Shown here: one piece after another, positions 34,334 to 41,861 of the stretch
Layout of the letters: each line of letters starts with the position of its first letter
Numbering within the stretch: the first letter of the stretch is position 1
IMG/VR virus record: IMGVR_UViG_3300025159_000004
Span: 1-50,805 of that record
DNA: 50,805 bases
Origin: a virus
Direction: 5' to 3' (one strand)
The notes under the pieces: model-generated
Database searches by the model: none
The model's input: only the letters and a program-made list of their open reading frames with translations
Told to the model about the DNA's origin: nothing
Position numbers and translations under genes: made by a program

Positions 34334-34555
34334 GTGGCCAGATTGTCACGTAGACGCGGCGTGCAGGGTACAGCGCCACGCATGGCACTGTCAGACGCTG
34401 CTACCGCGCTACGTGACAGTTGCCGTCCCAAACACCAAACACGCGGGCTATGGAGGGCTCGCATCACAAACGCTGCATACTTCCGACAACGTGCGTTTCA
34501 GCGACGTCTAGCTGTCGCACGAGCAGAATGGCAGACGCTAGGCATCCCAGACTAA
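34334..34555 (+). CDS. early Arg-rich protein (73 aa), GTG start
   Basis: N-terminal MARLSRRRG arginine-rich motif, with GGAAGG upstream. Confidence 0.55.
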   Translation: MARLSRRRGVQGTAPRMALSDAATALRDSCRPKHQTRGLWRARITNAAYFRQRAFQRRLAVARAEWQTLGIPD

Positions 34556-34566
34556 GGGGAGACACG

Positions 34567-34731
34567 ATGGACAAGTTCACCTTCGCGATGGTCCAACACT
34601 CGGAGCACAAGCACTCCATTCGCTACGACGCGGCGGACGGCAAGGCGCCAGTCAAGAGCATCTACGTGGCCCGGCTGGCCCTCGGATCCGCCGCGCCGGC
34701 CGAGCTGACGGTCACAGTCGGCCCGAAGTAG
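34567..34731 (+). CDS. early protein (54 aa)
   Basis: ATG 34567 has AAGGGGA upstream. Sequence: MDKFTFAMVQHSEHKHSIRYD... Confidence 0.55.
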   Translation: MDKFTFAMVQHSEHKHSIRYDAADGKAPVKSIYVARLALGSAAPAELTVTVGPK

Positions 34732-34809
34732 CCGAAACGCGCCCCGGTCAGCATGACGGGGTGCGTCATACGGTAAAGCGCCTAATCCGTATCTGAAGAG
34801 GCTTGGCGC

Positions 34810-34850
34810 GGGGCGTGGGGAGAATGGGCTTCCCACGCCCCATTCCTTTT
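34810..34850 (+). terminator. intrinsic terminator
   Basis: A perfect 10-bp stem GGGGCGTGGG/CCCACGCCCC with a 12-nt loop is followed by ATTCCTTTTG. Confidence 0.7.
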
Positions 34851-34855
34851 GCCTG

Positions 34856-34879
34856 CACTCGTGAACAGTTTCACGAGTG
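34856..34879. promoter_or_regulatory. 24-bp perfect palindrome CACTCGTGAA-cagt-TTCACGAGTG (operator-like)
   Basis: Read directly. A related GTGAA-cctt-TTCAC element lies at 33942-33955, and TTTCACG recurs at 33492 and 42540. Confidence 0.5.
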
Positions 34880-35121
34880 TCAATGTGCAGGGCCTAGGAG
34901 CCACGATGATCGAACGGGCATACCCGAGTAGCCTCGCAGGCGAGAAGTCGCGCCCAGGAGGCGCCCAAGGGCCCTACGGGTCAAATTTGGGGCTAGTGCC
35001 CCGCCGCATTCGCCGCCGCGCCACGTTTAGGCGCCTCGCCCCCGGTCGACAGGCTGGGGACGTGCTCGCGTGTACGCATGCGTGGGGCGTGCCCGTAGCG
35101 CGTGCGTCCGGGCGAGCTCGC

Positions 35122-35544
35122 GTGTGTGCTCCCCGAGCGGCCAAGCGACAATGGAGCCTTGAAATAGATATCATTCGTGGTATCATCGTACGAGTACACG
35201 CTGGCCTAATAGGGCTAGTGCTACTAGCCGGGTGCGGTAGTCAGCTAGTCGAAGGTCGTGACTACTGGATTGACCAACAGGCCCGGACGATCTATACGCG
35301 CTCTGAGCAGATTGCACAGAATGTATGCATGATGCGCGGTGCTGACTATGGACCATACCTAGCGCGTAATGTGCTTACTGGCGTAGCATTGGGAAGTGGC
35401 GTGTCCACCAATACGGATAGCTGGAATAACGATGCATTTGGGTGCTATGATGCACGAGATGACGTTATCATTTGTACTAAAGACAACCCAGCGTGTATGC
35501 CTCACGAACAGGGACATCGCGGAGGTATACTCCAACATGACTAG
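35122..35544 (+). CDS. lipoprotein (lipobox LLAGC); start uncertain
   Basis: GLIGLVLLAGC-GSQ matches a lipobox. The nearest upstream in-frame start is GTG 35122. The track start at 34849 crosses the terminator and palindrome. Confidence 0.55.
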   Translation: MCAPRAAKRQWSLEIDIIRGIIVRVHAGLIGLVLLAGCGSQLVEGRDYWIDQQARTIYTRSEQIAQNVCMMRGADYGPYLARNVLTGVALGSGVSTNTDSWNNDAFGCYDARDDVIICTKDNPACMPHEQGHRGGILQHD

Positions 35545-35664
35545 AGAACACGCCTTCCGTCTAGCGTTCTTGTACGCTAGAATCAAACTCAATCACGTAA
35601 CGATTCCAGTAACAGATCCACGCGACCCCACGCCTTGGCGTATCCTGTTAACGGCTCGCGCGTA

Positions 35665-36327
35665 ATGTTGCGCGCCCTAGCGGTACGGAATAGCAAGAAT
35701 GCCAAGCTTGGCAATGCTCATGCAACCTATGCAAGCCAAGCAACATGTCCCCAACGGTGCCCATTCTTGAACAATGGGTGCTATGCCGAAAACAGCCCAA
35801 CTGGCATCCACACGGCAAGACTAAATAACAATGACCACACTGCGGATCAGGAAATAGCCGAAGAAGCTAAGCTTATCAAGCAGTTACCAGACGATAAGCC
35901 ACTACGATTACACGTAGTGGGCGATGCGTCTACGCCAGCTCAAGCACGCCAGCTCGCCAAAGCTTGCGAAGCGCGGAAGCAACCTACATGGACTTACACA
36001 CACGCTTGGGGCCAAGTACCACGCTCCGCATGGGGTAGCATTAGCGTTCTTGCAAGCACCGAATCAGTAACTATGGCCGACGAAGCCATGTATCAATTCT
36101 ACGCGGCAGCTATGGTTGTATCACACTTTCCTAACGGTGATAAGGCTTGGAATCAAGACGGATTCACGTTTATTCCTTGTCCAGCACAAACACGCAACAA
36201 AACATGTAGTGAATGCCGGTTGTGCTTTAATGATAGACTATTAAGCCGAAAACGACTAGTTATCGCATTTGAAGCCCACGGTAGCCGAGCTAACACAGTC
36301 CGAAAGGAGCTAGCCAAATGCCAGTAG
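35665..36327 (+). CDS. Cys-rich hypothetical protein (possibly GP88-like)
   Basis: The N-terminal pattern KLGN..ATYASQATCPQRCPFLNNGCYA and a C-terminal CSECRLC were noted. The family assignment comes from memory only. Confidence 0.55.
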   Translation: MLRALAVRNSKNAKLGNAHATYASQATCPQRCPFLNNGCYAENSPTGIHTARLNNNDHTADQEIAEEAKLIKQLPDDKPLRLHVVGDASTPAQARQLAKACEARKQPTWTYTHAWGQVPRSAWGSISVLASTESVTMADEAMYQFYAAAMVVSHFPNGDKAWNQDGFTFIPCPAQTRNKTCSECRLCFNDRLLSRKRLVIAFEAHGSRANTVRKELAKCQ

Positions 36328-36578
36328 GCGACCTACGCATCAAGTTTGCATACGACCCACCCGAAGTCAAGCGCAGACGAACGCTGTGCCGTATTCACGA
36401 TGCTGGTGGTGTACTGGGTTCTGGGCTAACCAAGTGTAGCCGCAACGACCAATTTGTCAAGGCAACCGGGCGTAAGCTGGCCCTGGCACGCGCCATGCAA
36501 GATGCGAAGCTCGACCGCAAAGCAAGACGGCTCCTATGGGCGCAGTATCTCGGGAGGTCTACGCATGACCTACTGTAG
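36318..36578 (+). CDS. hypothetical protein (86 aa)
   Basis: The ATG overlaps the upstream gene end. Contains the motif CSRNDQFVKATGRKLALARA. Confidence 0.65.
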   Translation: MPVGDLRIKFAYDPPEVKRRRTLCRIHDAGGVLGSGLTKCSRNDQFVKATGRKLALARAMQDAKLDRKARRLLWAQYLGRSTHDLL

Positions 36579-36810
36579 TTACACGTGGAGCGAGCTTGTA
36601 CAAGTCAACACGCGTCGCCCACACATGATGCGGCTAAAGCATCGGTGCATATTAACAACCGGGCATAATCTTTCCACACATCCGTGCACCAATCCAGAAA
36701 CTGGTCGGCGACATATGCACAAGACGCAACCAACACCGCATCGTTGCGCCTGCCAACCAGTCGATGAGTTTCACACGGATCGTGTGCTACCGGGGGGAGA
36801 ACCTAAGTGA
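36565..36810 (+). CDS. Cys/His-rich small protein (81 aa)
   Basis: The start was set to ATG 36565, which has GGAGG 7 nt upstream. The stop overlaps the next start (GTGA). Confidence 0.5.
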   Translation: MTYCSYTWSELVQVNTRRPHMMRLKHRCILTTGHNLSTHPCTNPETGRRHMHKTQPTPHRCACQPVDEFHTDRVLPGGEPK

Positions 36811-37913
36811 GAGCCATCGCACCACTGTTCGTAGCCGCTCAAGCGGGAACACCAGTCCTGGCGATTGGTTCGCCCGGCGTCGGCAAGTCTGCTATCATTA
36901 ACAGCGTAGGTAACAGTTTAGACTATGAGGTCTTCACTGTTATCGCGTCGCTACGTGAACCAGCAGACTTTGCTGGGTTGCCGTTTATCAAGGATGGCAA
37001 AGTGTTTCTGGCCCCACCAGCTTGGGCAGTAGCGGCGGCAGAATCCAAGCGCGCTATCGTATTTCTTGACGAGATCAGCACCGCGTCACCAGCAACACAA
37101 GCAGCACTCTTGCGGCCAGTGCTAGAGCGCGTGGTCGGTGACATTGTGCTTCCAAGTACCGTGTCGTTTATCGCAGCAATGAATCCACCCGATGAAGCAG
37201 CGGGTGGCTGGGACTTATCAGCCCCACTTGCAAACCGCTTCTGCCATCTCAATTGGATACCCGATGCAGCAATATGGATCGATGGGATGATGCAAGGCTT
37301 TCCCGTGCCCAGTGTACCACGACTCCCGGCTAACTGGGAAAGTTATCTTCTGGAAGCCCGAACGATGGTATCGTCATTCATTCGCCACAAGCAGACACTA
37401 TTCCTCAACGTGCCCAAGGAAGCCGACAAAATGGGTAAGCCGTGGCCGTCGCCTCGGTCGTGGACTATGGCAGCGACATTGCAGGCCGCCACCAAGGCCG
37501 CTCAGGCCGGGAGAGAATGTGAAGCTCTTCTCGTTGCAGGTTGTGTTGGTGAGGGAAGCGCGCTAGAGTACCTGAGTTGGCGCGACGCTATGGATCTTCC
37601 TAATCCTGAAGATGTGCTCGCGGACCCTGACAACTTTGAGGTTCCCGATCGTGGAGATAAGTTGTATACTGTCCTCGCGTCAGTCGCTGTAGCCGTTGCC
37701 ACGAACCTGACCAAGGATCGTTACTTGCGCGCCTATCGCGTGTTTAACCGCGCTGCTGAGGCGGGGAAGAAAGATGTAGCGGCGGCGAGCGTTAGGATGC
37801 TGTCAATCGCTGGCGTCAAGGCACAATACCTTACGGACGAAAAGCTTCGTCGGGCTGTCCAGCCACTCATGAAGCCATTTGTCCAGTTGCTAACAGAAGC
37901 AGGGATTATCTAA
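36807..37913 (+). CDS. MoxR-like AAA+ ATPase (AAA_5 type)
   Basis: Walker A GSPGVGKS, Walker B IVFLDEIS and the sensor region ATQAALLRPVLER are present. The start is GTG with a GGGGGGAGA RBS. Confidence 0.8.
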   Translation: MRAIAPLFVAAQAGTPVLAIGSPGVGKSAIINSVGNSLDYEVFTVIASLREPADFAGLPFIKDGKVFLAPPAWAVAAAESKRAIVFLDEISTASPATQAALLRPVLERVVGDIVLPSTVSFIAAMNPPDEAAGGWDLSAPLANRFCHLNWIPDAAIWIDGMMQGFPVPSVPRLPANWESYLLEARTMVSSFIRHKQTLFLNVPKEADKMGKPWPSPRSWTMAATLQAATKAAQAGRECEALLVAGCVGEGSALEYLSWRDAMDLPNPEDVLADPDNFEVPDRGDKLYTVLASVAVAVATNLTKDRYLRAYRVFNRAAEAGKKDVAAASVRMLSIAGVKAQYLTDEKLRRAVQPLMKPFVQLLTEAGII

Positions 37914-38650
37914 TGCGTGATGAAGCAATACTAACACCAGGAACAGTTAACCAGTATCTAGTAGATAATATGTATTGTCACTCGTGGAGCATAGTAAGTA
38001 GTCAAGACTATATCATGAAGCGCTTGCCGATGCACACGAGCTATAAACGTACTCCTACTGGATACAATCACGTGACTACACCAATACCATACTGGATGAG
38101 CCCAACCATGACGATAAGCGATTTGGATGATTCACAACGAATACTCGACTGCCGCGAGCCGGTAGCTATTACTGTGGCTGCGAAGTCTAACCCCGGCCAA
38201 AGAATGCAAGCATGGCGCGTTCACAGTTTGTCACGCAATACAGTTAAAGATTTAGATATTTCACGCAATGCACCATATCAGCTACGCGCGGCACAAGCAA
38301 GAATCTTCGAAGAATATGACTATCGTGGCCCGGTAAAGGGTAGTGAAGCAAAAGGACTTAGCCGATTCTTCATGACTATAGGTAAGGATGAGTATGTGCG
38401 ACGCGGATGGTTTTTTAAAGAAACTTTCATGCATGCGTGGCGTCGCAGTAAGCTCATCTACTGTTACGTTTTTAAGTGCCCAATCCCCGGAGTAGATTTC
38501 GCGGATTTCATGCTTGCCGTTCGCGCATTCAAGAGTAACGGTAAGTTTCGCCAAACGGTCAAAGCACTTATCGACAACCCCGACAACGCTGTAGACGAAA
38601 TCAACACGCTCAAAGCTATGCTAACGCTCGCAAAGGGGATGGGTAAGTAA
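37913..38650 (+). CDS. hypothetical protein (245 aa) in a low-GC island
   Basis: ORF coupled at both ends by TAATG overlaps. Hand counts give 20/60 and 25/60 G+C in the lines at 37921 and 38041. Confidence 0.75.
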   Translation: MRDEAILTPGTVNQYLVDNMYCHSWSIVSSQDYIMKRLPMHTSYKRTPTGYNHVTTPIPYWMSPTMTISDLDDSQRILDCREPVAITVAAKSNPGQRMQAWRVHSLSRNTVKDLDISRNAPYQLRAAQARIFEEYDYRGPVKGSEAKGLSRFFMTIGKDEYVRRGWFFKETFMHAWRRSKLIYCYVFKCPIPGVDFADFMLAVRAFKSNGKFRQTVKALIDNPDNAVDEINTLKAMLTLAKGMGK

Positions 38651-39888
38651 TGAGCGATAACCTGCCCGAACGGCTCCAAGCGTCCCGCGTGTGGCTGGGC
38701 TTCAAGCGACCATATCTTGGCGCACTCTTGTGGGCATTACGCCCGACCCCGATGAAAGGTTTGGGAACATTTGGGATTAACCCTAAGCTCCAGTTGGTGT
38801 ATGACCCAGACAAGCTCCAAGAGTGGAGCATAGAACACTGTGCAACGGTGCTCTACCATGAATGTGGTCACATTCTACGCGACCATGCTGGCCGCGCGGC
38901 TATGGTCGCTGACCGTGATCCGAAAGCGTGGAATATCGCCGGAGACGCGGAAATAAACGATGATCTTGCTAGTGAGCAGTGCAAATGGCCCTTTGTGCCA
39001 ATCTACCCTAAAAACTTAACACCACCGCAGCCGGCCGGCTTGACAGCAGAAGAGTATTACGCTCATATGCCGTTGGTCACGGTTGGTATGGCAAGCGATG
39101 GTGATGGTAAGGGTAATCAGAAGTTTCCCGGCCAAGGTAAATGCCAAGGCGTGCATCCAAGCGATGACGATTCCAAAGGTGATGGAGTACATCCCATTGA
39201 AGTGGAGCTTATTCGTCGGCAAGTTGCACAAGACGTGCAAGACATGGTCAAGTCGCGTGGCACTGTTCCGGCGTGGATGCAACTATGGGCGCAACATTTG
39301 CTGGAGCCTAAAGTTGACTGGCGCCGCATGCTGCGCGCTGAAGTCCGCCGTGCCGCATCTGACGTGATGGGGCAAGTTGACTTCCGCTATAAGCGACCGT
39401 CACGACGAACGGTCGTGTTACCAGATCTCATTCTTCCGATCTTACGTATGCCTGAGATACAGATCGCAGTCGTGGTCGATACGTCTGGGTCTATGCTTGG
39501 TGGGCCTGATAACGTGTCAGACCTGGAACGCGCGATGGCTGAGCTGTCGGGCGTCATCAAGCATTTTGGGCGTCATAGCGGTGTTCAAGTCTACGCTGTC
39601 GATGCAGCCGTTGCCAGTGCGAAGCGAGTGTTCAAGTTGTCACAAATCTCGCTCGCTGGCGGTGGCGGAACCAACATGTGCGTAGGAATCGAAGCCGCGG
39701 TTAACGGTAAGCCAAAACCCAACATCGTTATTGTACTCACTGATGGTGCGACACCGTGGCCGACCACGCCCATTTCCAATGTTCGCGTAATCGCTGGCGT
39801 TATCGGTAATGAGCGCGTACATAGCGCTGTCCCTACCTGGATTCGTGTCGTGCCTATTGCTACACAAGACGAGGAACGCAAGCGATGA
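38650..39888 (+). CDS. VWA-domain protein with N-terminal putative metallopeptidase domain (DUF2201_N + DUF2201 architecture)
   Basis: HExxH in VLYHECGHILRDH, then NIAGDAEINDDL. The C-terminal VVDTSGSM is a MIDAS-like DxSxS motif. Confidence 0.75.
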   Translation: MSDNLPERLQASRVWLGFKRPYLGALLWALRPTPMKGLGTFGINPKLQLVYDPDKLQEWSIEHCATVLYHECGHILRDHAGRAAMVADRDPKAWNIAGDAEINDDLASEQCKWPFVPIYPKNLTPPQPAGLTAEEYYAHMPLVTVGMASDGDGKGNQKFPGQGKCQGVHPSDDDSKGDGVHPIEVELIRRQVAQDVQDMVKSRGTVPAWMQLWAQHLLEPKVDWRRMLRAEVRRAASDVMGQVDFRYKRPSRRTVVLPDLILPILRMPEIQIAVVVDTSGSMLGGPDNVSDLERAMAELSGVIKHFGRHSGVQVYAVDAAVASAKRVFKLSQISLAGGGGTNMCVGIEAAVNGKPKPNIVIVLTDGATPWPTTPISNVRVIAGVIGNERVHSAVPTWIRVVPIATQDEERKR

Positions 39889-40088
39889 CTGATGAAGAGA
39901 TCAGACTACTATACACAGAATGTCGGCTCGCGGGGATGCGTATGTGTTTAGGGTGTTTATGTCCACTTCTAGACCACGTTGACACACACTGCACCCCGTG
40001 TGCACGTTTGGAAGAAGAAGAATGCCCGTGTCAACGGCACCGCCAAATCTTGGGTTTGGCAAACACCGCAACGTGGGCTAAAGCATGA
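39885..40088 (+). CDS. small zinc-finger protein, LAG-CxxC...HCxxC family
   Basis: Motif: TECRLAGMRMCLGC...THCTPC. Confidence 0.6.
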   Translation: MTDEEIRLLYTECRLAGMRMCLGCLCPLLDHVDTHCTPCARLEEEECPCQRHRQILGLANTATWAKA

Positions 40089-40306
40089 TCCTTATACCAA
40101 AAGGACTCTCAAATGACGAAGCGCGCGCGATCCAAGCAGAACAGCGTCTCGCGGGTATCCCGACGTGTCCGCTCTGCAAAGGTGCGGGTAAAATCTTCAC
40201 CGGCAAAACGCGTCAAATCGCCGGGCGCGAATACACGTTCTTCATCTACTGCTCCCGTTGTGAAGGCCGCGGATCGGCGGAAATGCCGGAATCCACGTTG
40301 TCATAA
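40085..40306 (+). CDS. DnaJ-type zinc-finger protein (two CxxCxGxG motifs)
   Basis: Contains CPLCKGAG and CSRCEGRG. Confidence 0.65.
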   Translation: MILIPKGLSNDEARAIQAEQRLAGIPTCPLCKGAGKIFTGKTRQIAGREYTFFIYCSRCEGRGSAEMPESTLS

Positions 40307-40478
40307 AATGTTCGTGCCGTGGAGCCCGACAACCTACGTCTGCTCAGAACACTGTGCGTGGTGTATGCTGCTGGAACGAATATGCGGAAACTCTATAGAC
40401 GCAGACGCCTACTGGAAACAATATCGCGCGACAGTCATGGAAGCGTACGCGAAAATGAAGCGTAGGAGTGACCCTTGA
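40260..40478 (+). CDS. small zinc-finger protein, YacG-like Cys pattern; start uncertain (alternative ATG 40308)
   Basis: The motif CRNPRCHKMF...YVCSEHC requires the GTG 40260 start. No clear RBS precedes either start. Confidence 0.4.
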   Translation: MKAADRRKCRNPRCHKMFVPWSPTTYVCSEHCAWCMLLERICGNSIDADAYWKQYRATVMEAYAKMKRRSDP

Positions 40479-41029
40479 CGCCAATAGAATTTACTGATAC
40501 CATTGTGGCAGTAACACCACAGCTCCGTAATCGTTTGTCAGGTGAGTTTCGTCGCGCAGATCGAACAGAGATTGACGAAGCATTATGTACCGCGACGATG
40601 GAAGCGTGGTCTAAGAAACCTACCTACTTTCCCAAGCGAGTCGCACTGGAAATATTCGTGCTTGACACTGCAAGACTACGCCTGATCGACTACATGCGTA
40701 AGGTTGCCATTCGCTTTGGTGCTCGAACGCTAGGGCCGCGCGTCTATGATCCAAGCACGCCTATCGACCGTCGGCTGGACTTGATTAAGGCCATCAAGCG
40801 GTCTACACATTCTTCTATGTGGCCGATGCTCTGGAACATCTTGTGGTATGGCTATACAGTCAGGGAAGCGATTGGTTTTGGGGCTCGATACATTGGGACT
40901 GAACGCACGGAGTCTGCTGGGGCGCTTCGTGGTCAACTGGCTCGGGCGCTTCGCCGGGTAAAGCAGCGGCTGCGAGACGATGCGCGCATGATTGTCCCCC
41001 AAGCACACGAAAGTATGTCGCGCGGCTGA
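40475..41029 (+). CDS. ECF-like sigma-70 family sigma factor (tentative), TTG start
   Basis: Region-2-like ALEIFVLDTARLRLIDYMRK and region-4-like YTVREAIGF...GALRGQLARALRRVKQRL. Confidence 0.5.
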   Translation: MTPIEFTDTIVAVTPQLRNRLSGEFRRADRTEIDEALCTATMEAWSKKPTYFPKRVALEIFVLDTARLRLIDYMRKVAIRFGARTLGPRVYDPSTPIDRRLDLIKAIKRSTHSSMWPMLWNILWYGYTVREAIGFGARYIGTERTESAGALRGQLARALRRVKQRLRDDARMIVPQAHESMSRG

Positions 41030-41861
41030 TCTTAAGGTCGACGTGGGCTTTTTTCCACAATTGGTTATGTGACGTGGCAACATTCTGCGCGCACATGTCT
41101 AAGAGTTTGGGGAGGAGTTTCATATCTTCGTCTAAGTCTGGATAATCGAAGATGCCATTATCACCTTGAACGGCACGTAGGCGCTGATCTTCATGGAATC
41201 GGCTTATCATCTTAAGGTATCCACCATGAAGCAACCAGAAGGCGTCTACGCGCCCAGTAATGTACGATGAGCCACGCGCGAGCGATGATAGCTCGACATC
41301 CGCGCTATCATCGCGTGACATCTTGCGCGTGTGGTGGACAAAGAATACGGTGTAACCTGCAAACAGAGACTCAAAGGAGTCAAACACGACTTTCATAGCG
41401 GTGCTGTCATTCTCGTCAGCTTGGTGGATCTCGCGGAGTACGTCAATGATGATAACGTCTGGCTTCTCAGCGGCGAGCACTTTTGACAACCACTCGCGAT
41501 GCTGCGGAATGGTAAGGATCATTGGCAGGAGGAGGTCATCAGGATGAACGAAGCGGAAGTTTGCTGTGTTGAGCTTATAGCCACTGCCTTCAAGCTCGGC
41601 AAGGCGCTCTGTCCAAGCGGGACGCTTCGTGTCAAGTTGCAAATAGAGGACTCTAGCGGGCCGCCCCACCTTACAGCCGAACACGTCTTTTCCCTCAGCG
41701 ATGCGGGAGCCAACATCAAACATGAGAAAGCTTTTACCGGCTTTTGGACTACCCATGACTAGGATGTATGCAGGTCGTGGCACCAAGCTGTCAACAATCC
41801 AGTTGACGCGGTCTGATTGGCTCACATCGAGATATTCCTTAGGGGAGACAGTTCGTGTCAA
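40860..41861 (-). CDS. RecA-fold ATPase, RepA/DnaB-like (AAA_25 type) with C-terminal HTH; only reverse-strand gene in the rightward arm
   Basis: Walker A GSPKAGKS, Walker B VIIIDVL and HTH-like ISRATYFRVLGG. The start is TTG with AGGAGG 8 nt upstream. Confidence 0.6.
   Translation of the reverse strand: MTRTVSPKEYLDVSQSDRVNWIVDSLVPRPAYILVMGSPKAGKSFLMFDVGSRIAEGKDVFGCKVGRPARVLYLQLDTKRPAWTERLAELEGSGYKLNTANFRFVHPDDLLLPMILTIPQHREWLSKVLAAEKPDVIIIDVLREIHQADENDSTAMKVVFDSFESLFAGYTVFFVHHTRKMSRDDSADVELSSLARGSSYITGRVDAFWLLHGGYLKMISRFHEDQRLRAVQGDNGIFDYPDLDEDMKLLPKLLDMCAQNVATSHNQLWKKAHVDLKISRATYFRVLGGQSCAHRLAAAALPGEAPEPVDHEAPQQTPCVQSQCIEPQNQSLP

Noticed and set aside
34849-35121. Long N-terminal extension of the lipoprotein ORF (track start 34849)
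   Set aside because: It would be translated through a terminator tail and a 24-bp palindrome. It gives an Arg/Ala/Gly-rich non-protein-like sequence.
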